A stretch of 64,000 nt of DNA, taken from the NCBI GenBank assembly GCA_005888095.1, contig VBKF01000140.1, forward strand, positions 4,602 to 68,601, given 5' to 3'. This DNA comes from Deltaproteobacteria bacterium (lineage in GTDB: Bacteria; Desulfobacterota; Binatia; DP-6). The notes beneath the pieces are model-generated. The model made no database searches. It had not been told where the DNA came from and saw only the letters and a program-made list of their open reading frames with translations. The position numbers and the translations under genes were made by a program. Of this stretch, positions 56,537-64,000 are shown piece by piece (the first letter of the stretch is position 1; each line of letters opens with the position of its first letter).

Positions 56537-57257
56537 CGAGCGCGTCGAGGGCCGCGACGATGCGCTCGACCTCGGCGAGGTAGCCGCCGAACTCCGCGCG
56601 CAGCGCGGCGGCGCCGAGCCGGGCTTCGCCGGCGCGGTGGTCGAGGAGCCGCTGCATGACGGGGAGGGGTCCGAGGAGCCGCGCGCCGGCGGCCAGCACC
56701 TCGCCGTAGCCGTTCGCCTCCTCGGCGCCGCGCAGCTTGATGAGGTGCCTCAGCACGACGAGGAAGCTCTTCAGCGACTCCACCATGAGCTGCTCGAGCG
56801 CGGCCGGCCGTCCCGCCGCGTCGAGGAAGAGCGCGCGCAGCCGGAGAAGCTTGCCCCGGGCCTCGTGCTCGCACTGGCGTCTCAGCGCCGCGCGCTCCAC
56901 GACGACGGCTGCGAACGGGTCGGCACCGGCGAGCACGCGGTGCTGGCGGCGGATGTCGTCGAGCTCCATGGGGAAGGCGTCGCGCGCCGACTCGAGGTAC
57001 TCGCGATCGGCGACGAGCGGCAGGGCGAAACGCTTCTTGCGCCACCGGGCGATGACCGGGACGAGCGCCTCGAGCACGTCGGGCGTGACACGCGGCACGA
57101 CCACGGCGACGTTCAGGTCCGACCGGTGCGTCACCCAGTCGTCGCCCAATGCGCTGCCGTAGAGGACGAGCGACACGAGCCGGTCGCCGAGCGCTGCCTG
57201 GACGTCGCGAGTGAAGGCGGCGATCTGCGCCTCGACCGCCGCGTCGGGGCGAGGCAT
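56529..57257 (-). CDS. Nucleotidyltransferase-fold protein of the LemA/TPM cluster
   Basis: LYGSA...SDLNV, FPME..DI; overlaps the TPM gene start. Confidence 0.75.
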   Translation of the reverse strand: MPRPDAAVEAQIAAFTRDVQAALGDRLVSLVLYGSALGDDWVTHRSDLNVAVVVPRVTPDVLEALVPVIARWRKKRFALPLVADREYLESARDAFPMELDDIRRQHRVLAGADPFAAVVVERAALRRQCEHEARGKLLRLRALFLDAAGRPAALEQLMVESLKSFLVVLRHLIKLRGAEEANGYGEVLAAGARLLGPLPVMQRLLDHRAGEARLGAAALRAEFGGYLAEVERIVAALDALDA

Positions 57258-57340
57258 GCGCTGTCCTGATACTGGCGAGGGGCGGGCGCCGCAAGCGACG
57301 GTCTATTGACCGAGCGCGCGCGCCCCGTTAGGCGCCGCGC

Positions 57341-58051
57341 GTGGCGCTCGCCGAGGAGCTTCGTGAAGCCGTCGGCTCGCTCACGGTCTTCGGCCGCTCC
57401 GACGCCCGTGCGCGGCCGCAGACGCTTGCCGCGGCGCTCGCGTTCTATCCGGCCGTCGGCCTGCTGCTCGGCCTGGTGGCGAGCGGCGTCGCCTGGGCGG
57501 TGGATCAGGGCTGCCCGGGGTTCGCCGGAGCGGCCGGTGTCCTCGTCCTTGCCGCGCTGAGCGGCGCCCGCGTCTCGCGTGCCCTCGCGGCAGCGGGTGC
57601 GCTCGGCCTCTCGACGGCGGGGCTCGCGTTCGCGGCCAAGCTGTGGTCGGTCACGGGGCTTCCGGCGCCGGCGCGCACCGCGGCGCTTCTCCTTGCCCCG
57701 ATGCTCGGCCGCTGGGCGATCGCCGTCCAGTGCTACGGGGGTATGCCCGCCGCGGCCTCCGGGCCTGCGGCGCTCGCGGGCCGAGCACGGTTCCGCGAGT
57801 TCGGCATCGCGAGCGTGACCGCCTTCGCCGTGACGCTCGCCGTCGCCGACGCGGCGGGGCTGCTCGTCCTGGTCGCCGCGGCGCTCGCAACGGTGGCGCT
57901 GCGCGTCTACGCATACCGCGGTGCCGGCAGGATGACGGAGCGGCTGCTCGCCGCGGCCGCAGAGCTCGTCGAGACGGTGGTGATGGTCGCCTTCGCGCTG
58001 CTCGCCTCGCCGCACGAGCCGGGCGCGGCCCTGGCCCGCGGGCCATCTTGA
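57341..58051 (+). CDS. Divergent CobS-like membrane protein
   Basis: FYPAVGLLLG, LAPMLGRWA, G.MT...LAAA.ELVE resemble CobS; Asp-rich loop absent. Confidence 0.6.
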   Translation: MALAEELREAVGSLTVFGRSDARARPQTLAAALAFYPAVGLLLGLVASGVAWAVDQGCPGFAGAAGVLVLAALSGARVSRALAAAGALGLSTAGLAFAAKLWSVTGLPAPARTAALLLAPMLGRWAIAVQCYGGMPAAASGPAALAGRARFREFGIASVTAFAVTLAVADAAGLLVLVAAALATVALRVYAYRGAGRMTERLLAAAAELVETVVMVAFALLASPHEPGAALARGPS

Positions 58052-58087
58052 CATGGCGCCGGTTCGCGACCATCCCCAGCACGACGG

Positions 58088-58708
58088 ATGGGCTTCTACG
58101 CGGACCACATCTTCCCGCGCCTCATGGACTGGACCCTTCGGGGCCCGGTGCACCAGGCCGAGCGGGAGAAGGCTCTCGAGTCCGTCCGCGGTGAGGTGCT
58201 GGAGGTGGGGTTCGGCACCGGGCTGAACCTCCGGCACTATCCGCCCGGCGTGACCCGGCTCACGGCCATCGACGTCGCGAAGATGCTCGAGCTCCGGGTC
58301 GCGCGGCGCATCGCCGCGGCGCCGTTTCCTGTCGAGCGCGCGCGGCTCAGCGGCGATGAGCTACCGTTTCCCGATGACCGGTTCGATTGCGTGGTGACGA
58401 CGTTGACCCTCTGCAGCATCAGGGACCCGGTCGCGGCGTTGCGTCAGATCCGCCGCGTCCTGAAACCCGAGGGGACGTACGTGTTCCTCGAGCACGGACG
58501 CAGCGACGACGAGCGCGTTGCCCGCCGCCAGGACTTCTTCAACCCCCTCCAGCGACGGGTTGCGTGCGGCTGCAACATCAACCGCCGGATCGACGCGCTC
58601 ATTCGCGAGGCCGGTCTCGAGGTCCGGAGCCTCGAGCGCTACGTCCTCCGGGGTAATCCCCGGATCATGGCGGAGATGTACCGGGGGACTGCCGGGCGGA
58701 TGGAGTGA
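58088..58708 (+). CDS. Class I SAM-dependent methyltransferase
   Basis: LEVGFGTG, LPFPDDRFD, TLCS, RVLKPEG..VFLEHG. Confidence 0.92.
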   Translation: MGFYADHIFPRLMDWTLRGPVHQAEREKALESVRGEVLEVGFGTGLNLRHYPPGVTRLTAIDVAKMLELRVARRIAAAPFPVERARLSGDELPFPDDRFDCVVTTLTLCSIRDPVAALRQIRRVLKPEGTYVFLEHGRSDDERVARRQDFFNPLQRRVACGCNINRRIDALIREAGLEVRSLERYVLRGNPRIMAEMYRGTAGRME

Positions 58709-60057
58709 TGAGCCTCGAAGAGCTGTCCAAGTGGAGCGGCGAGTCGACGGAGCACCTCCTCGAGTGGCGGTCGCTCGGGCTCGTGGGCGGCGGTCGCGAC
58801 GACTTCGGCCCCGAGGATGTCGAACGCGCGCGGCTCATTCGCTTCCTCTTGCGCCGCGGGATCCGTCTCGAGGCGATCGTGAAGGTCGACCGTGAGCAGG
58901 ACCTCCTCGCCTCCCACGTAAGGGCCGCCTTCGCGTCCGGGGTGGGGCGGTCGTACTCCCTGGAGGAAGCGGTCGGCATCGTCAGACTGGACCTCGCGAC
59001 AGTCCGGAGGTTCTGGCGGTCGATGAGCTTCGGCGCGCAGGGCGAGCGGCTCTACGAGGAGGACGTGCAGGCGCTGAAGACGTTGAAGGTCGCGCTCGAC
59101 GCGGGGTTTCCGGAGGAGGCCCTGCTGCAGCTGGTACGCGTCTACGCCGACGCCCTCGGGCGCGTCGCGGAGGCAGAGGTCCGCCTCTTTCACTTCTACG
59201 TCCACGAGCGGCTGAAGGCGGGGGGACTCGCGGGCCGGGAGCTCATCGAGGCCACCGACGCGTCGGGCGACCGCATGAGACCGATCATCGAGCCCGTGCT
59301 GCTGTACTTTCACCAGAAAGGAATGGAGCAGGCGGCGAGGGAAGACGTCCTCCTGCACTGGCAAGAGGAGGCGGGCCTCGAGGGCACGGCGGAAGTGCCG
59401 GCGCAGCTGCGGGCAGCGGTGTTCTTCGTCGATCTCTCCAGCTTCACGCCGCTCGCCGAGGCGATGGGCGACGCGGCCGCGGCGGAGGTGCTTGCCCGCT
59501 TCTCGCAGCTCGTGCGGGAAGCGGTGAGCCGCTGCGAAGGACGTGTCATCAAACAGATCGGGGATGCCTTCATGCTGGTGTTCTCGGACGCACGCGCCGC
59601 AGTCACCTGCGCGCTCGAGATCGAGCAGCGGACGGCGCAGGAGCCCCAGTTCCCAGCCGCGAGGAGCGGCGGTCATTATGGCCCGGTGCTCTACCGCGAG
59701 GGCGATTACCTCGGCGTCACCGTGAACGTCGCGGCGCGCCTGGCCGACGAGGCGGGCCGTCATCAGGTGCTGGTGAGCGAAGCGCTCAGGCGGGAGGCCG
59801 CCGGCGCGCCGGACGTGGAGTTCGTGCCGCTCGGCAGGCGGCGTCTGAAGGGCGTAGCCGACGAGGTCGAGCTCTTCGAGGCCGTGCGCCGTACGGAGGC
59901 CGGGGCAGGCCGGCGCCAGGTCGATCCCGTGTGCGGCATGGAGCTCGGCCCGGGAGAGTCGGCGGCGAGGCTCGTGTTCGACGGGCGCGAGCAGGTGTTC
60001 TGCTCGCAGGGGTGCCTGCAGCGCTTCGTCGCGACGCCGGAGCGATACGGGGGATGA
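58705..60057 (+). CDS. Class III adenylyl cyclase with N-terminal HTH/regulatory region and C-terminal YHS domain
   Basis: FVDLSSFT, KQIGDAFM, DYLGVTVNVAARL, LKGV; DPVCGM...FCSQGC. Confidence 0.88.
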   Translation: MMSLEELSKWSGESTEHLLEWRSLGLVGGGRDDFGPEDVERARLIRFLLRRGIRLEAIVKVDREQDLLASHVRAAFASGVGRSYSLEEAVGIVRLDLATVRRFWRSMSFGAQGERLYEEDVQALKTLKVALDAGFPEEALLQLVRVYADALGRVAEAEVRLFHFYVHERLKAGGLAGRELIEATDASGDRMRPIIEPVLLYFHQKGMEQAAREDVLLHWQEEAGLEGTAEVPAQLRAAVFFVDLSSFTPLAEAMGDAAAAEVLARFSQLVREAVSRCEGRVIKQIGDAFMLVFSDARAAVTCALEIEQRTAQEPQFPAARSGGHYGPVLYREGDYLGVTVNVAARLADEAGRHQVLVSEALRREAAGAPDVEFVPLGRRRLKGVADEVELFEAVRRTEAGAGRRQVDPVCGMELGPGESAARLVFDGREQVFCSQGCLQRFVATPERYGG

Positions 60058-60174
60058 GCCCGGCGGCGCTACGGGATTTCCCGCGCTCCCGACGTTCTAC
60101 CTGCTCGCGCACCAACGGACGAGGGTCTAGCGCACCCACTGGGTTCATCGCGCGGCGGGTGGTACAGCGGGCGC

Positions 60175-60942
60175 ATGCTGACGCTCTACGACGACGTGTT
60201 CAGTCCCTACGCGAGGAAGGTGCGCATCGCGCTCTACGAGAAGGGCGTCGCCTTCGAGCGCGTGCGCGCGCTGCACGGCGACTGCAACCGGACCGACTTC
60301 CTCCACGTGAACCCCCGCGCGGAAGTGCCGGCGCTCGTCGACGGGGACATCCACCTCTACGACTCGACCGTCATCTGCGAGTACCTGGAGGATTGCTATC
60401 CCGCGCCGCCCATCTATCCGCGGGACCCGGCTGCGCGCGCGCAGTGCCGGCTTCTCGAGGACCTCGCGGACACGCAGCTCGACGGCGCGCTCTATGCGGT
60501 CGCCATCGTCGAGATGGGGCGAGGCGAAGCGCATCCGGCCATCCACGAGGCCACGGGACGAGACCTTCTTCGCCTCTACGACGAGCTGGAGCGCCGGGCG
60601 CGCGAGCCCTTCTTCTGCGGCGACTTCTCCGTCGCGGACATGGCGCTCGCGCCGCACCTCATGGCCGCGATGTTTCTCGGCTTCCCGCTCGACCCGTCAC
60701 GGCACCCGAAGGTCACGGCGTGGATGGACCGCGTGCAGGCGCGGCCCTCGGTCGCCCGCGACAACGCGGACGTGATGGAGACGCTACAACGGCTCCAAGC
60801 CGCGGGACAGCCGGGCTTCGACCCGTACCGGGTGCAGTGGAGAAGCGACCGGCTGGAGTGGGTGATGAAGAACGGCCTCGCCGAGTGGTTCATGGAGGAG
60901 GTGCGAGCCGGCCGCGTCTTCTTCCCGCTCTCGCTCGGGTAG
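60175..60942 (+). CDS. Glutathione S-transferase family protein
   Basis: SPYARKVRIAL.EKG, NPRAEVPAL, DSTVICEYLED, FSVAD. Confidence 0.92.
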   Translation: MLTLYDDVFSPYARKVRIALYEKGVAFERVRALHGDCNRTDFLHVNPRAEVPALVDGDIHLYDSTVICEYLEDCYPAPPIYPRDPAARAQCRLLEDLADTQLDGALYAVAIVEMGRGEAHPAIHEATGRDLLRLYDELERRAREPFFCGDFSVADMALAPHLMAAMFLGFPLDPSRHPKVTAWMDRVQARPSVARDNADVMETLQRLQAAGQPGFDPYRVQWRSDRLEWVMKNGLAEWFMEEVRAGRVFFPLSLG

Positions 60943-60945
60943 AGA

Positions 60946-61989
60946 GTGCCGCGCAGCGGGGCCGGGATGTACGGTCTTCTCCTCGCGCTCGTCTCCGCCG
61001 CGCTCTTCGGCGCTGCGACGCCGGCTGGCAAGGTGCTGCTGGCCGACTTCACCCCCTTTCAGCTCGCCGGGCTTCTCTACGTCGGGGCGGCGCTCGGTGT
61101 CGGTCCCATCGCCGCGCTCGACCGTCGGGCCACACCCGGGCTCGACCGCACGAACCGCATGCGTCTCGCGGGCGCGGTGTTGTTCGGTGGCATCGTGGGC
61201 CCGGTCCTCCTCCTCTTCGGGCTCCGATTCACGGCCGCGGGGTCCGTCGCCCTGCTGCTGAACTTCGAGATGGCGGCGACGGCGGTGCTCGGGGTGGCGC
61301 TCTTCGGCGAGCATCTCGGTGGGCGAGGGTGGCTCGGCGTGGCCGGCGTCGTCGCCGCCGGAGGCGTGCTCGCATGGGCGAGCGGATGGCCGGGAGCGGT
61401 CTCCGCGTCGTTGGTCGCGGGTGCGTGCGTCTGCTGGGGGCTCGACAACAACCTGACCGCGCTCATCGACGGCATGTCGCCGAGCCTGACCACGTTCGGG
61501 AAGGGCATCATCGCGGGCACGACGAATCTCCTCCTCGGCGCCTGGCTGGCTCCGCTCACCGCTCCGGCGTTCCACGTCGCGGTCGCGCTCGTCGTCGGCG
61601 CACTCTGCTACGGCGCGAGCATCGCGCTCTACATCACGGCCGCCCATCACGAGGGCGCCACGCGGACGCAGGCGGTCTTCGCGAGTGCGCCGTTCATCGG
61701 CGCCGCGTTGTCGTGGCTCGTGCTCGGGGAAACGCTGGAGGGGCCGTACCTTCTGGCGGGTAGTGTCTTCGTTTCGTCCGTCGCCCTGCTCCTGCTCGAC
61801 CGCCACGATCACTTCCATGCCCACGAGCCGCTCGCCCACGTCCACAGCCATCGGCACGACGACGGCCACCATCTCCACGAGCATCCGGGGCTGCCGGCGT
61901 CCGAGCGGCACTCGCACTGGCACGAGCATCAGCCGCTGGGGCACGTTCACCCGCACGGCTCGGACCTCCATCACCGACACGGACGGTGA
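60946..61989 (+). CDS. EamA/DMT family transporter with a His-rich C-terminal tail
   Basis: About 10 TM helices, LLNFE, WGLDNNLT; tail HDHFHAHE...HHRH. Confidence 0.9.
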   Translation: MPRSGAGMYGLLLALVSAALFGAATPAGKVLLADFTPFQLAGLLYVGAALGVGPIAALDRRATPGLDRTNRMRLAGAVLFGGIVGPVLLLFGLRFTAAGSVALLLNFEMAATAVLGVALFGEHLGGRGWLGVAGVVAAGGVLAWASGWPGAVSASLVAGACVCWGLDNNLTALIDGMSPSLTTFGKGIIAGTTNLLLGAWLAPLTAPAFHVAVALVVGALCYGASIALYITAAHHEGATRTQAVFASAPFIGAALSWLVLGETLEGPYLLAGSVFVSSVALLLLDRHDHFHAHEPLAHVHSHRHDDGHHLHEHPGLPASERHSHWHEHQPLGHVHPHGSDLHHRHGR

Positions 61990-62052
61990 GACGCCGGGCT
62001 CATCACACGCAGTGCTGCATGAATCTGCCCTCGACGCCTCGCAGACACCGGG

Positions 62053-63468
62053 TCAGTTGGTGACGTTGACCAGCGTCATCATCCCTGACTCGGCGTGCTC
62101 CAAGACGTGGCAGTGCAGCATCCATGTCCCGCGGTCCTGCGGGACCAGCCCAACGTCCACCGTCTCCTTCGCATGCAGGAGGACGGTATCGCGCCAGAAA
62201 GGCTCCTCGACGCGTTCGCCGTTGCGGGCGAGCACCTTGAAGAACTGCCCGTGGATGTGCATCGGGTGCAGCCGGAACGAGTCGTTCGCGAAGCGAAGCT
62301 TGCTCCACTCGCCGTACGGCAGGGTTTGCATGTTCCGCGGCCGTGCCCCGTGGTCCGCGTGGTCGTAGGCCTCACCGTTGATCGTCCACTGGATGCCGAA
62401 CGGGCCGCCCGCGCGTGCGTCGAGCCGATACTCGGCGCGGGTGGCGAGCTCCCGCGTGTTCCCCCACGCGGGCACGTGTGCGCGCGCCGGCGAAGCGAAG
62501 TCCGGCGTAGCGACGACCGCGTCGGTCACGACGATCTCGGCGAGGGGGATGGGCTGCTGGGTGAAGCGGTCTACCACCACGACGCGTTGCCCGCCCCGGT
62601 TGGCGGCAACGGTGATGTCGAGATCCAGCCGGTTGCCCGGTGCTAACTCGAATCCGACGGGGTCAATCGGCCGCGCCGCGTACATGCCGTCGACGGCGAT
62701 CACCTTGGCGTCGAGCCCAGAGAGGTCCGGTCTGAAGACGCGACCGTTGGCGACATTCAGCAGCCGGAGCCGGATCCGTTCGCCGGCCTTGACGAAGAGC
62801 TGCTCGCGGGTCCGGCCATTCACCGTGACGACGTTGCCCCAGCGGCCGTCGTGGGCGAGGTCGTGGCGGGTGTTGAACTGCGGGAAGATTTCACCCTCCG
62901 ATGTCAGCAGCCAGTCGTCGAGCACCCACATCACGTCCTGCGAGTAGGGCCGCGGTTCGACATCCTCGACGACGAGCACCCCGAACAGCCCCCGCTCGAC
63001 CTGCTCGCTGGCTCTCACGTGGGGATGGAACCAAAACGTCCCAGCATCCTTCGGGGTGAACTCGTAGACGAACGTCTCGCCCGGTTGGACGGCAGGCTGC
63101 GTCACGCCCGGTACCCCGTCCATGGCGTTCGGCACACGCACCCCGTGCCAGTGGATCGTCGTGGGTTGAGGAAGCCGGTTGGTCAGCGTCGCCCGGACGG
63201 TCTCGCCAAGCCGAACACGAAGCACGGGTCCCGGGACCTGTCCGTTGTAGGCCCACACCTGGAGTGGCCGGCCGTCAAACAGCGTGACGGTGGCCGGGGC
63301 GGCCGTCAGCGAAAACTCGCGGGTAACGCCAACGGGAGTGGCATCGGCGGGGTAGGAGCCCGCGAACTCCCGTAGCTCTGGCGAGCTCCTGCACGATACC
63401 AGCGCTCCGAAGACGGCCGCGCCGCCGACTGCAACGAGGCAGACGCGCGGAGTTCCGACGGTTCCCAT
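62053..63468 (-). CDS. Multicopper oxidase (probable lipoprotein)
   Basis: HWHG, WFHPH, HPMHIHG, HCHVLEHAESGM; LVSC lipobox; start estimated. Confidence 0.93.
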   Translation of the reverse strand: MGTVGTPRVCLVAVGGAAVFGALVSCRSSPELREFAGSYPADATPVGVTREFSLTAAPATVTLFDGRPLQVWAYNGQVPGPVLRVRLGETVRATLTNRLPQPTTIHWHGVRVPNAMDGVPGVTQPAVQPGETFVYEFTPKDAGTFWFHPHVRASEQVERGLFGVLVVEDVEPRPYSQDVMWVLDDWLLTSEGEIFPQFNTRHDLAHDGRWGNVVTVNGRTREQLFVKAGERIRLRLLNVANGRVFRPDLSGLDAKVIAVDGMYAARPIDPVGFELAPGNRLDLDITVAANRGGQRVVVVDRFTQQPIPLAEIVVTDAVVATPDFASPARAHVPAWGNTRELATRAEYRLDARAGGPFGIQWTINGEAYDHADHGARPRNMQTLPYGEWSKLRFANDSFRLHPMHIHGQFFKVLARNGERVEEPFWRDTVLLHAKETVDVGLVPQDRGTWMLHCHVLEHAESGMMTLVNVTN

Positions 63469-63691
63469 CTGGGGCCGGGGTAGCAGTCGGCGGCTCGAGA
63501 GACAAACGTGGCTCCCGACCTGAACCCGCAAGAGGAACGGCGCAGCTGGAACGCCCTCCGCGCCAGCGCCTCACGGGGTCGCGTAGCCCGCGTGCGCATG
63601 AGGTCGACGGCGGTTGTGCCAGCGGTGCAGCCCGAGAGCGCGACGGCCAATGTGCTAGTATCGGAATGATCCCAAGCCGACGGGGATGGGT

Positions 63692-64000
63692 TCACTCTCC
63701 GAACGACCTCGGCAACAGCTCGCCCGCCTCCCGCATGGCCGTGATGATCGCGCGCTGCCGCGGTGTCCACGCGCCCCGCATGGCGCGCGCTTCCTGGACG
63801 AGCATCCGTTCCTGGTCGTAGTCCTCCTTGGCGACGTGGAAGGTCTTCATGTTCGCCTGGCGACCGCTGTAGTCGAGCGGACGAGGCAGGTCCGGGCCGG
63901 TGTAGCGGTACGCCAGGTTGTCGGCATACGCGATCTTGTTGGCGAGCATGTCGAGCGCGGGGACGAGCTCGCGCGGTCGTCCCTCGGCATCGGCGCGCAG
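63692..64000 (-). CDS. 3' end of a hypothetical protein truncated by the window edge
   Basis: Frame open to the window end, high GC3. Confidence 0.6.
   Translation of the reverse strand: MRADAEGRPRELVPALDMLANKIAYADNLAYRYTGPDLPRPLDYSGRQANMKTFHVAKEDYDQERMLVQEARAMRGAWTPRQRAIITAMREAGELLPRSFGE

Noticed and set aside
63530..63690. Lipobox-like LSGC fragment upstream of the multicopper oxidase
   Set aside because: No clear start or RBS; it may be a relic but cannot be supported

Overview
High-GC bacterial chromosome segment, mostly core genes. Gene content and style suggest a soil deltaproteobacterial lineage such as Ca. Binatia (inference). In order it contains: a secreted esterase, a Phd/RelE-ParE toxin-antitoxin pair, alr-purH-purD-purE-tsaC-DUF1015-thyX-DUF309-MoxR/VWA-Rieske, an rlmD/M48/TolB-like operon, the large NAD-glutamate dehydrogenase, M23/Nudix/thiI, nrdJ with NrdR boxes, a GcvH-like gene, ftsB, cysH, a thiolase, a patatin, amgK-murU, a complex I operon lacking nuoB/F/G/I, a RAYT-like HUH transposase, panE, arsC, a LemA/TPM cluster and a metal/redox cluster (YHS-domain adenylyl cyclase, GST, His-tailed EamA transporter, multicopper oxidase). 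No rRNA, tRNA or CRISPR array was seen. The most unusual signals are: (1) three tandem 23-bp start/stop-coupled minigenes (MSVSEEY) between nuoC and nuoD; (2) an unannotated 30-aa Lys-rich ORF enclosed by a 13-bp long-range stem, with its own strong promoter and terminator; (3) a family of structured repeats with a conserved core and covarying outer stems, two of which flank a low-GC orphan gene; (4) an 84-bp AT-rich codon patch exactly over the ThyX catalytic motif; (5) a GcvH homolog whose lipoyl Lys is Arg; (6) three near-consensus sigma54 promoters. All calls come from reading the sequence and recalling motifs; no searches were run.
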